The translations under genes were made by a program, and so were the position numbers. Positions 51,438 to 59,805 of a stretch of DNA of 64,000 nucleotides are shown here, piece after piece; position 1 is the stretch's first letter, and each line of letters begins with the position of its first letter. Source of the DNA: an uncultured delta proteobacterium (GTDB lineage Bacteria; Myxococcota_A; Polyangia; Fen-1088); contig CAVWIP010000015.1 in NCBI GenBank assembly GCA_963755125.1, positions 343,133 to 407,132 of the forward strand, in the 5' to 3' direction. The notes beneath the pieces were generated by a model, which searched no databases, was not told where the DNA came from, and worked only from the letters and a program-made list of their open reading frames with translations.

Positions 51438-53168
51438 ATGAGCCTGTCACTCGGCCGCATCCCGTTGCTCTTGCTCGGGGTCGTTTTTTGCCAGGCTTGT
51501 CGTTGCGAGCCCAAGCTGCCGCCGAGTAAGGCGCGAGTTGCGGACGCTGAACCCGCGCCCGACCCTGCGCTGCGCACGCCGGCGGACACGGCTCCGGGGG
51601 TCAGGATCTTCCAGGTGAGTGCCGGTCAGAGCCACACCTGCGGGCTGCTGACAGACAACACGGTCATCTGCTGGGGCGCCAACAAGTCTGGGGAAAGCAC
51701 GCCGCCAGCCGGGCTCTTCGGCCAAATCAGCGCGGGCAACGGACTCACTTGTGGCCTGCGCAGTGACGGCGGAATTTCTTGCTGGGGGCGCCGGCTTTCC
51801 GGCGACCGGCGAGACCCGCCCAAGGGCAAGTTTGTGCAGTTGAGCACGGGCCGGGGGAATCATGTCTGTGCCCTCGGGCTTGGCAACGAGATCGTGTGTT
51901 GGGGGGACAATTCGAGCGGCGCGTGCGAGGCTCCGAACGGTCAATTCCTGCAGGTGAGCGTGGGCGGAGGGCATACTTGCGCCCTGCGCTTGGACGGCGC
52001 GGTGATCTGTTGGGGGCGGAACGACAAGGGCCAGAGCACGCCGCCCGAGGGACGCCACCTCATGGTCAGCACAGGATTGCAGCATAGCTGCGCCATTCGC
52101 CATGACGGCTCGGTAGCCTGCTGGGGGGCAAACGACGAAGGGCAGACAAGCCCGCCGGCGGGGCAGTTCATGTTTCTTAGCGCCGGTGACCGGCACACCT
52201 GCGGCCTGAAGAGGAACGGGGTTGCGGTCTGCTGGGGGTGGACGGCAGCGCAAGAGCTCAAGGCGCCCGCAGGTGAGTTCATCATGCTCAGCTCGGGCGC
52301 CGCGCATGCTTGTGGCACGCGCACGGATGGCTCTGTCGCATGTTGGGGAAACGACAGCTTCGGGGACACCACCCTGCCTGGGGGGCGCTACCTGCGGTTG
52401 AGCGCGAGCAAGCACGTCTGCGGCGTACGCGAAGACAAATCCTTGCGCTGCTGGGGGGAAAACGACCGCGGTCAGGCCGCCCCGCCTGCCGGGACGTTTG
52501 CCGAGGTCAGTACCGGCGATGGCCACACCTGTGCGCTGGATAGCCAGGGCGCGGTTTCTTGCTGGGGCGAGAATGGGGACGGCCAAAGCACGCCGCCCAA
52601 GGAACAGTTCACCTCCGTCACGGCGGGCGGCGCACATTCCTGCGGTCTTGGGGTAGATGGGTCTGTGGTTTGCTGGGGCGCGAACGGCCACGGCGAAAGC
52701 CAGCCACCGGCCGAGAACTTCGCGCAGGTGAGCGCTGGCGGAACCCACACATGCGGGATCACAAGCAGCGGTCGCGTGCTGTGCTGGGGTGATCGGCGCC
52801 TCGGTCAGGCGAGGTCGCCGAGCGGGACGTTCGTCGCGGTCAGCGCGGGCGCGACATTCACCTGCGGCATCCGGGCCGGCGGCGCTGTGATTTGCTGGGG
52901 CGGCGATCGATCCGGCCAGGCCAAGGCAGTGCCTGGGCGCTTCAGTCAGGTCAGCGCAGGCGACACCCACGCGTGTGGCATCAAGGTCGACGGCTCGGTG
53001 GCCTGCTGGGCGGTGAGCCCGGCGGCAGGGCAGGGCGGCGATTTCGGCGTTACCCATCCACCCCCGGGAAAGTTCAAGCAGGTCAGCGCTGGCGCGAACT
53101 TCTCCTGTGCTATCACTGAGTCCGGCCAGCAAAGGTGCTGGGGCGTGCTCGCTCGCCAGTCTCTTTGA
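51438..53168 (+). CDS. RCC1/BLIP-II-like repeat lipoprotein with 14 repeats
   Basis: 14 copies of about 37 aa, QVSAGxxHTCxLxxDGxVxCWGxNxxGQxxPP. N-terminal hydrophobic stretch with CQA-C. Confidence 0.9.
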   Translation: MSLSLGRIPLLLLGVVFCQACRCEPKLPPSKARVADAEPAPDPALRTPADTAPGVRIFQVSAGQSHTCGLLTDNTVICWGANKSGESTPPAGLFGQISAGNGLTCGLRSDGGISCWGRRLSGDRRDPPKGKFVQLSTGRGNHVCALGLGNEIVCWGDNSSGACEAPNGQFLQVSVGGGHTCALRLDGAVICWGRNDKGQSTPPEGRHLMVSTGLQHSCAIRHDGSVACWGANDEGQTSPPAGQFMFLSAGDRHTCGLKRNGVAVCWGWTAAQELKAPAGEFIMLSSGAAHACGTRTDGSVACWGNDSFGDTTLPGGRYLRLSASKHVCGVREDKSLRCWGENDRGQAAPPAGTFAEVSTGDGHTCALDSQGAVSCWGENGDGQSTPPKEQFTSVTAGGAHSCGLGVDGSVVCWGANGHGESQPPAENFAQVSAGGTHTCGITSSGRVLCWGDRRLGQARSPSGTFVAVSAGATFTCGIRAGGAVICWGGDRSGQAKAVPGRFSQVSAGDTHACGIKVDGSVACWAVSPAAGQGGDFGVTHPPPGKFKQVSAGANFSCAITESGQQRCWGVLARQSL

Positions 53169-53239
53169 TATGGGGATCGCGTGACGCGTCGGCGGACGTG
53201 GCATCCAAAGCCAGGACGCCGGTGCGCGAAGGGAGTAAA

Positions 53240-54340
53240 ATGCCGGGCATCATGCGCAAAACCGTCTTGGCTCTCGGTCTGGCGTTCGGGTTCCTGGCGG
53301 CATCGGGGACCGACGCCCGTGCCCAGGCTCAGATCACCTTCACGCCTGGCGCGGACACGCAGAACTTTTTCCAACTAACCGGTTTGAGCCAACAGGATCT
53401 CACCAACAAGCTCAATGGATTGTTCCAGGCGGCGGGCACCCAGAGCTTCCTCCAGAAATTCGGTGATGCGCAAAGCTTCACCAGCAAGGGGCTGGGTGTG
53501 GACTACGCCTCGGAGGCAACCTATTTCGAGGTTGGCGGCGCGGCCAGCTTCGCGTTGGGGATGGACAGAACCTACCAGCCGGGCAACACCCAGGGCTTCC
53601 CGATTTCAGGCGTGGGACTCAATGCCTCGCTCATGGGGGGGCTGAGCCTCGGCTTCCTCGGGATCCCTGTCATGGTGTTCGGCAACTGGATGAAGGTGCC
53701 CACCACGAGCTACGGCGCTATGAGCGGCAGCCTCGACAACTGGGGTGTCCATGCCCAGGTCCGGCTGTTGGGTCCCTCGCACAGCATGTCCGCGCTCAAC
53801 ATGCTAGTCCGCTGGGGCGGCATCGCCATCACCACGGGGCTCGACTATTCGCACATGACTCTCGGGTTGAAACAGCCCATTTCTTCGACCTTCACCTTTC
53901 CCAATGACGTGACGGTGGACACAACGGGAGCTGCCAGCGGCCAAATAACCGACGTGAACGGTACGGCTGTCGGGACAGCCCATCTCAACATTGACATGAC
54001 CACCAAGAGCATTCCCCTGGAGGTCACCACCAGCTTGCGCCTGATGACCCTGTTCACCGCGTACGGCGGTCTGGGCTTCGACTGGCAACTGGGCGGTGGC
54101 AGCAACATGGACGTGGGCGTGGACGCAACGATGGTCGGCCATGCGGCGGGGCAAAACCTGGATCTGGGCACGGCGCACGTCAAATTCGCGGCTCACGCCG
54201 ACCCCAGCGCTGCGAAGATCCGCGGCATCCTGGGCGTGCAGGTCAACCTGCTGGTGGTCCGACTCTTCACCCAGCTCAACGTCGAGAACACCAACCCCAC
54301 CATGGCCAGCATTGCGGTGGGCGCGCGCGTGGCGTACTAG
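53240..54340 (+). CDS. Outer-membrane/surface beta-barrel-like protein
   Basis: Signal peptide ending ARA, Gly/aromatic-rich amphipathic strands, C-terminal VGARVAY. Confidence 0.7.
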   Translation: MPGIMRKTVLALGLAFGFLAASGTDARAQAQITFTPGADTQNFFQLTGLSQQDLTNKLNGLFQAAGTQSFLQKFGDAQSFTSKGLGVDYASEATYFEVGGAASFALGMDRTYQPGNTQGFPISGVGLNASLMGGLSLGFLGIPVMVFGNWMKVPTTSYGAMSGSLDNWGVHAQVRLLGPSHSMSALNMLVRWGGIAITTGLDYSHMTLGLKQPISSTFTFPNDVTVDTTGAASGQITDVNGTAVGTAHLNIDMTTKSIPLEVTTSLRLMTLFTAYGGLGFDWQLGGGSNMDVGVDATMVGHAAGQNLDLGTAHVKFAAHADPSAAKIRGILGVQVNLLVVRLFTQLNVENTNPTMASIAVGARVAY

Positions 54341-54363
54341 AAGGTCTCGGTAGAGAGGCCGCT

Positions 54364-55362
54364 GTGAGCGAACCCGTGCTGCGCCCTGACCCGCGGGTTT
54401 CCATCGTGATCCCGGTGTTCAACGAAGAAGCGGTCTTGCCGCTGCTCTTGCCGCGCCTGCGGGCCGTCATGGACGCTTTGCCCGGCGGGGCCGAGGCCTG
54501 GTTCGTCGACGACGGCAGCCGGGACGCCACCGCGCAGTTGATCGTGCAGGCGCATACCGAGGATGCGCGCATCAAGCTGGTGCAGCTTTCGCGCAACTTT
54601 GGCCACCCCGCGGCCATCACCGCCGGGCTCGACTGTGCGCAAGGCGACGCCGTCATCCTGATGGATGCGGATCTGCAGGATCCGCCCGATCTGATCCCGG
54701 AGATGGTCGCGCTTTACCGGCAGGGATTCGACGTGGTCCAGGCGAGACGTTCGAGCCGGCCCAAGGAATCGCGCTTCAAGCGAGCCACAGCGTGGCTGTT
54801 CTACCGAATCATGGGCTTTCTGACCAAGAACGAGATCGAGGCCAACGTGGGCGAGTTTCGCCTGATGAGCCGGGCCGTGGTCGCGGCGCTGGGCCAGTTG
54901 CACGAGCGCCACCGGCTGGTGCGCGGTCTGGTGTCATGGGTCGGCTTTTCGCACACCACGCTGGATTTCGTGCGGCCCGGGCGCGCGGCGGGAAAGACCA
55001 AATATCCGCTGCTCAAGATGTTGCGGCTGAGCGTCGACGGTCTGACCAGTTTTTCGGCTGCACCCCTGCGCATGGCCAGCTTGCTCGGCGGGTGCGGCCT
55101 GCTGGCCGGGCTGGGCTATGCCATCTACGCCGTGTACGTGCGCTACGGGCTCGGGCAGGCGGTGCCCGGCTGGACGTCGCTGGTGATCATCAACATTTTC
55201 TTTTCCAGCATCGTTCTGGTGTGTCTGGGTTTCGTGGGCGAATACGTCGGGAGGATCTTCGAGGAGGTGAAGCGCCGGCCGCTGTACCTGGTCCGTCGCA
55301 AGGTCGACGGTGCTTCCGCCGCTGCGGAGGAAGCGGGCCGCGGGCCAGAGCGACGGGGATGA
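54364..55362 (+). CDS. GT2 polyprenol-phosphate glycosyltransferase (GtrB/ArnC-like)
   Basis: SIVIPVFNEE, VDDGSRDAT, LSRNFGH, MDADLQDPP, FRLMSR, R.AGKTKY, two C-terminal TM helices, GEYVGRIFEEVKRRPLY. Confidence 0.93.
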   Translation: MSEPVLRPDPRVSIVIPVFNEEAVLPLLLPRLRAVMDALPGGAEAWFVDDGSRDATAQLIVQAHTEDARIKLVQLSRNFGHPAAITAGLDCAQGDAVILMDADLQDPPDLIPEMVALYRQGFDVVQARRSSRPKESRFKRATAWLFYRIMGFLTKNEIEANVGEFRLMSRAVVAALGQLHERHRLVRGLVSWVGFSHTTLDFVRPGRAAGKTKYPLLKMLRLSVDGLTSFSAAPLRMASLLGGCGLLAGLGYAIYAVYVRYGLGQAVPGWTSLVIINIFFSSIVLVCLGFVGEYVGRIFEEVKRRPLYLVRRKVDGASAAAEEAGRGPERRG

Positions 55363-55446
55363 GCCCCGAATTTCCCATGCTGCGCCGAGAGTGTTATTCT
55401 CTGTCTAGGCACCGCAAGCTTCCTGACAGCGACGGCGCCCTAAACC

Positions 55447-56469
55447 GTGCCAAACGACGACTCCCTTCCTGAGACTCAGCCGCTGGTGGCGGTCCCGGCG
55501 GATCCGCCGCAGCCACCTTCGCCCCCTGCCGCCTCTCTTGAGCAGACGTCTGGGAGACTCAGGCGGTTATTCGACTGGCTGCTCATGCGCGATGCGCTCG
55601 CGAATGCGCGGGAGGACGATGCAAAGTGCCCACCGGGCCGCAGGGGAGCGTTGAAGATGGCGCGCGCGCATGCCGATGTAGCCGATGCGCTCCTCAATTC
55701 GGAGGACAAGATGGCGCTGGCTCCGGTTCTGACTCTCTACCGCGAGGCCTTGCTCTGGCTGCTCGCGGAGGATGCCGCGAGCAAGAGAGTTCTCGCGCTG
55801 GCGATGGACTCCTCTCCCGACTCGTTCTTGGCAGAAGCTGCGCAGGACGACGTCCGCATGGCCCGCCTTCGCCACCTCCTGGCCATGCACGCGCACCTGG
55901 ATCCCGCTGACACGTCCACGCAGGAGCAGCGCCACCTCGCCGAGCTGACCCGCGCGTCTGTGCGGGCCATGCTCGATCAGGTCAGCGCGCGCGAGGCGCG
56001 CAATGTGCGGACCATCCTGCGTAGGCGCTGGTGGCGCATGGGGTTCGCAGCCGGGGTTCTCGTTGCAGGCTTCGCGGCGCTGACTGGCGTCGGGATCCTT
56101 CTTTCTACCCCGAAAGACCTGGCACAGGGCAAGCCGTGGCACACCAGCAGCGCCCTGTCGGCGGTCTTCACCGCCAAGGTCATGTTTCACACCAACGAAG
56201 AAATGAATCCCTGGTTCGAGATCGACCTGGTCCACCCGACAGCGGTTCACCGTCTCGGCGTGAAGAACCGCGCAGATTGCTGCCAGGAGCGCGCCGTTCC
56301 GCTTGTGATCGAGGTAAGCCTGGACCGGTCGAATTGGGAGCAGGTAGCAAGAAGAGACTCACCCTTCGCGTTTTGGGAGCCCAGCTTTTCACCGGTCGAA
56401 GCGCGCTATGTGCGCCTACGCGTTCCCCGGTTCACAGCGCTCCATCTGGAACAGGTCACTGTCTACTGA
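55447..56469 (+). CDS. Membrane protein with a C-terminal F5/8 type C (discoidin/fucolectin-like) domain
   Basis: TM helix near aa 200, then DLAQGKPWHTSS, FHTNEEMNPWFEIDL, NRADCCQERAVPL, ARYVRL. Confidence 0.82.
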   Translation: MPNDDSLPETQPLVAVPADPPQPPSPPAASLEQTSGRLRRLFDWLLMRDALANAREDDAKCPPGRRGALKMARAHADVADALLNSEDKMALAPVLTLYREALLWLLAEDAASKRVLALAMDSSPDSFLAEAAQDDVRMARLRHLLAMHAHLDPADTSTQEQRHLAELTRASVRAMLDQVSAREARNVRTILRRRWWRMGFAAGVLVAGFAALTGVGILLSTPKDLAQGKPWHTSSALSAVFTAKVMFHTNEEMNPWFEIDLVHPTAVHRLGVKNRADCCQERAVPLVIEVSLDRSNWEQVARRDSPFAFWEPSFSPVEARYVRLRVPRFTALHLEQVTVY

Positions 56470-56551
56470 GCCCCTACGAACGCCCTGGCAGATCTGACAC
56501 GGCCCACCTCAAATTCCGCGCATTGACAACAGAGCCCACCACATCACAGTT

Positions 56552-58405
56552 ATGTCCAAGGTTCTATCCTGCCTATTGATCATCGCTTTCGCAGTGTCTT
56601 GCTCCGGTTGGGGCCTCATCGTTCGCCGAGTCCTTCGCCTTCAAAAGGGAGCATGGCCGTCCACGGTAACCCTAGGCCTGGCGGCATTGGTAGCACTCGG
56701 TGGCGTCCTCAACCTAGCTAGGTTGGTTTCCCCTGCCTCACTCGCGACCCTCTTCTCCATCGGATGGATACCAGCCGCCTTCACGTTTTTCGTCCGCTGC
56801 AAAGAGAGCCCTGCCCTTGCTCGTTGCTTTCGCAAGGGCGCGCCGGTCTGGACTTTCACCTGGGTCGCAGTGATCCTGGTTCTAATATTCACTGTCATTA
56901 CCCAGTTGCCACCTGGCGCCTACAACCTCGACGACGACTTCACCGCCTATTTCAATCATCCTGTCCGGATGGTGCAAACCGGAACTATCTTCGGCTCTCT
57001 CCTGACTCCTATCGGCATCGACACGTTAGGGGGACAGGCCTTCATCCAAGCCTTCGTCGTTGCATTCTTCCCAATCGTCTATATCAATGCTGCAGATGCA
57101 GTCTTCGGATTGATCCTGTGCCTCCTCCTGGTATGTCAACTTGCGGGAAGGCGGCTTGGCGATTTGATACCGGCGCTCATCGGCGTCGCAGGCGTCCTGC
57201 TCATAGATCCTCAGTACGTAAATGTCTCTGCCCTGTATTTGGGAAGCGCATTCATCTTAGGACTTGTATGCCTCGGTGCGGATACCCTCGAGCTAGATCC
57301 TAGCGGTCTTCCCAACGCCCGAGCTACCGGCCTACTGTATGCATCTCTCGCTACCTTGAAGGCCACGCTGGCGCTCTTCAGCCTCCTTCACTTCGGGTTC
57401 GCAACCATTGCAGTTGTTGTCTCGACGCACAGCCTCAGGCGTGGCGCGCGATGGGCAGCGTCCGCTGCTTTCATCGCGGCTCTGGTGCTTGCGCCATGGC
57501 TTCTTCTTCATTCTCCCAACTACCTTGCTATGCTCTCTTCTTCCGGAACAGACGTCTTCATCCCGGAGGGGGGGGCATATCGCCCCGACCTCTTCAGCAA
57601 TGCAGCGAATATGTGGGGCATCACTTCTGTCCGCGATTACACGGTGTTGATGATTGCAGTTGGTCTATCCGCTCTCCTTCCCCTCTTGGCAAGTCGCAGG
57701 GATTCTGGGCCGAGTCGCCCCGTCTCCTGGCTGATCCTGGCAAGTGCCGGCAGCGGTATCGCCTACTATCTCTTGACGGTGTATAGCGATTCTCAGCTTA
57801 TTGTTCGCTACTTTACGCCGGTAGCCATTGCTGTCGCGCCCGCCACCTTCGTTTGCGCCCTACGCCTTGTTCCTTGGAATTCCCGCTTATTCGGAATACC
57901 TAAGGTAGTTCTGCTGCTGCTTTCCACAGTTGCCCTCGCCGTCTTTGTCCCATCGTACCTACATCGTTGCAAGTCGGCCGTACAGTCTGGCACAATTCTT
58001 GGTTTTCCCACGGGCAGCACTCGCATTTTTCACGACGTCTACGAAAGAACTCTTGCCCAAAGCACGATGATCAAATCTCTGCAGTCCACGATCCCAGAGG
58101 GCGAGCCAATCCTCGCATGGCTGAGTGCTCCGTTCTTGTTGAACTTCAGTCGCAATCCCATCGTGGACTTCAATCACGTTGCCCTAAAGACCTATCGAGG
58201 GACAATACCTAAGGTCAGTTACGTGATCTTTCAATACGGCGGTATGCTTCCGTCATTTGACTCCGCTTCGCAGGATCCGATCAGACTGAATCGCGTTATC
58301 CATTTCAGAGAATATGCTTTCGTCTATGATCTCTACAGAATGATGGACGACGGAGACACCCTCTTTGATGACGGGTCGATCAAGGTGGTGCGCCTGCGAC
58401 GTTGA
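56552..58405 (+). CDS. Polytopic membrane protein, possible GT-C glycosyltransferase, in AT-richer DNA
   Basis: 617 aa with many TM helices, acidic loop NLDDDFTAYF, a late VRYFTP motif. Codon usage visibly less GC-rich, including TTA/CTA codons. The function call is weak. Confidence 0.65.
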   Translation: MSKVLSCLLIIAFAVSCSGWGLIVRRVLRLQKGAWPSTVTLGLAALVALGGVLNLARLVSPASLATLFSIGWIPAAFTFFVRCKESPALARCFRKGAPVWTFTWVAVILVLIFTVITQLPPGAYNLDDDFTAYFNHPVRMVQTGTIFGSLLTPIGIDTLGGQAFIQAFVVAFFPIVYINAADAVFGLILCLLLVCQLAGRRLGDLIPALIGVAGVLLIDPQYVNVSALYLGSAFILGLVCLGADTLELDPSGLPNARATGLLYASLATLKATLALFSLLHFGFATIAVVVSTHSLRRGARWAASAAFIAALVLAPWLLLHSPNYLAMLSSSGTDVFIPEGGAYRPDLFSNAANMWGITSVRDYTVLMIAVGLSALLPLLASRRDSGPSRPVSWLILASAGSGIAYYLLTVYSDSQLIVRYFTPVAIAVAPATFVCALRLVPWNSRLFGIPKVVLLLLSTVALAVFVPSYLHRCKSAVQSGTILGFPTGSTRIFHDVYERTLAQSTMIKSLQSTIPEGEPILAWLSAPFLLNFSRNPIVDFNHVALKTYRGTIPKVSYVIFQYGGMLPSFDSASQDPIRLNRVIHFREYAFVYDLYRMMDDGDTLFDDGSIKVVRLRR

Positions 58406-58514
58406 CGGCCGTCTGGGCATCCTTGTCCGGCATGACGACGCGGATGGATTGCATCCTTCGCCGGGGCGGCAATGACTTCGCTGTGGACTGACGAGTGAGC
58501 CGGTTGCCGCGCCG

Positions 58515-59159
58515 TTAGAGCGATCGGGACCAGTAGAAAATCTTTACCGCCGCGATGAGCAGGAGCCCCGCGAAGAACAGGTATTTCCAGGGGCATGGTG
58601 TGGACGCCGGGTTTGCTATCTGGACGACCCTGACGTTGTCTAGCATCGGCCCGAAACAGCATCCCTGGGCGGTGGTATCGGCAGTGAACATGATTGTGCT
58701 GGTCGATTCAACCGCGACAAAGGTCATTTGGTGGTCAGTCCAGCCCAGTCTTTCTAGACTCTTGCCGGTTGTGTCAAATAGAAACCTGCTGGTTTCGGTT
58801 CCAACCGTGACCGTCAGCATCTTGATGGGTGGGGGACCGACTGGATTGCCGGCCACTGCGAAGGTCACGAGGTATCGTGCGCCGGGTAGAGTATCAAAGG
58901 ATTGCATAATACCCCCTCGGCTATTATTGCCCACCAGGTCAATGCTTCGATTCCCTTCCGAGGCAGGACTTTCCGTGCCAACGTAGTCGATGCTATTGGG
59001 AAGCACGGTCCAGCCCGTGATGCGTTGATCCCCTTCGTCGTAGCGGGTTGCAGACGCGGGATCTTGCGCGGAATTCTCGAAGCTGCCATTGCGAAAGGGG
59101 GCAGCGCCGACTGCGGACGGGAAGGCAACTAGGCAAAGGGCGGCGATGATTCCCTTCAT
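58515..59159 (-). CDS. DUF642/choice-of-anchor-C-like secreted protein with a C-terminal membrane anchor
   Basis: Signal peptide, FRNGSFE, ITGWTV...SIDYVG, ASEGNRSIDL, QSFDT.PGARYLVTF.VAGNP, FGPMLDNVRV, then a hydrophobic tail. Confidence 0.8.
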   Translation of the reverse strand: MKGIIAALCLVAFPSAVGAAPFRNGSFENSAQDPASATRYDEGDQRITGWTVLPNSIDYVGTESPASEGNRSIDLVGNNSRGGIMQSFDTLPGARYLVTFAVAGNPVGPPPIKMLTVTVGTETSRFLFDTTGKSLERLGWTDHQMTFVAVESTSTIMFTADTTAQGCCFGPMLDNVRVVQIANPASTPCPWKYLFFAGLLLIAAVKIFYWSRSL

Positions 59160-59805
59160 TGCCGGTCCTGGAAGGATGTACATCGGCATTGGAGCCTGGC
59201 CGAGCCTCGGCAGCCCGTCCGGCTGCCAAGGCCACGCGGTGGCCGAAATTGCTGAGGAGCGCAAACTGTCACGTGTGTGTGTTGTTTACGCAGTTGCTCG
59301 ACGGGCTCATGAATCGCCCAGCGACCATTCATCGGGAGAGGGGTCCGGGCGCCTCCCCGGTTTGCGCTTCCCTTCTGTTGGCGCAGTTGGGTGCGGGTCA
59401 CAGCGATCAGTTCCTCGTCGAGCCCATGGTATAGCATGCTTCCTCGACGGAGGTCGCTGGCAGCGAAAAGACCACGCAGCAGCGGAACAGTGTCGCAGAC
59501 CTGACCGCCAGGCTGGTTTCTTCTGAGGCCAGACGGTGCCAGGATGGTCCAGCCGGTTCGGGGATCGCTGTATTCACGCAGGACTCGACAGGAGTTCACA
59601 CCATCATGTTACTCGCCACCGCCTCGCGGATCTACCGGCTGGAAGGGAAGTGGGATATCCGGCTCAGGGGAGCCGTGGCCTCCCATACGCCAGGGCATTT
59701 TCGCGAGTTGCCGTCGTCGTGCTACGCTGGTGTCTCTCCACCACGCAGGCGCCTTGGGGCGCATCCGCCGGTGGACGCTGACCGGCAAGTCTTGCGAGGA
59801 CCGAC

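Noticed and set aside
51447..53204. 585-aa antisense ORF over the RCC1-repeat gene; likewise other long antisense ORFs such as 13904-15595 and 45816-47399
   Set aside because: They have no recognisable motifs and lie opposite well-supported genes, so they are codon-bias shadows.
56523..56551. Sigma-70 promoter before the 617-aa membrane gene
   Set aside because: TTGACA is present but there is no convincing -10 at 16-18 nt spacing.
59160..59805. Riboswitch or ncRNA in the long intergenic region
   Set aside because: A GCAAAC-containing segment was checked by eye against the c-di-GMP-I pattern and the second conserved element was missing. An Rfam/Infernal scan is needed.
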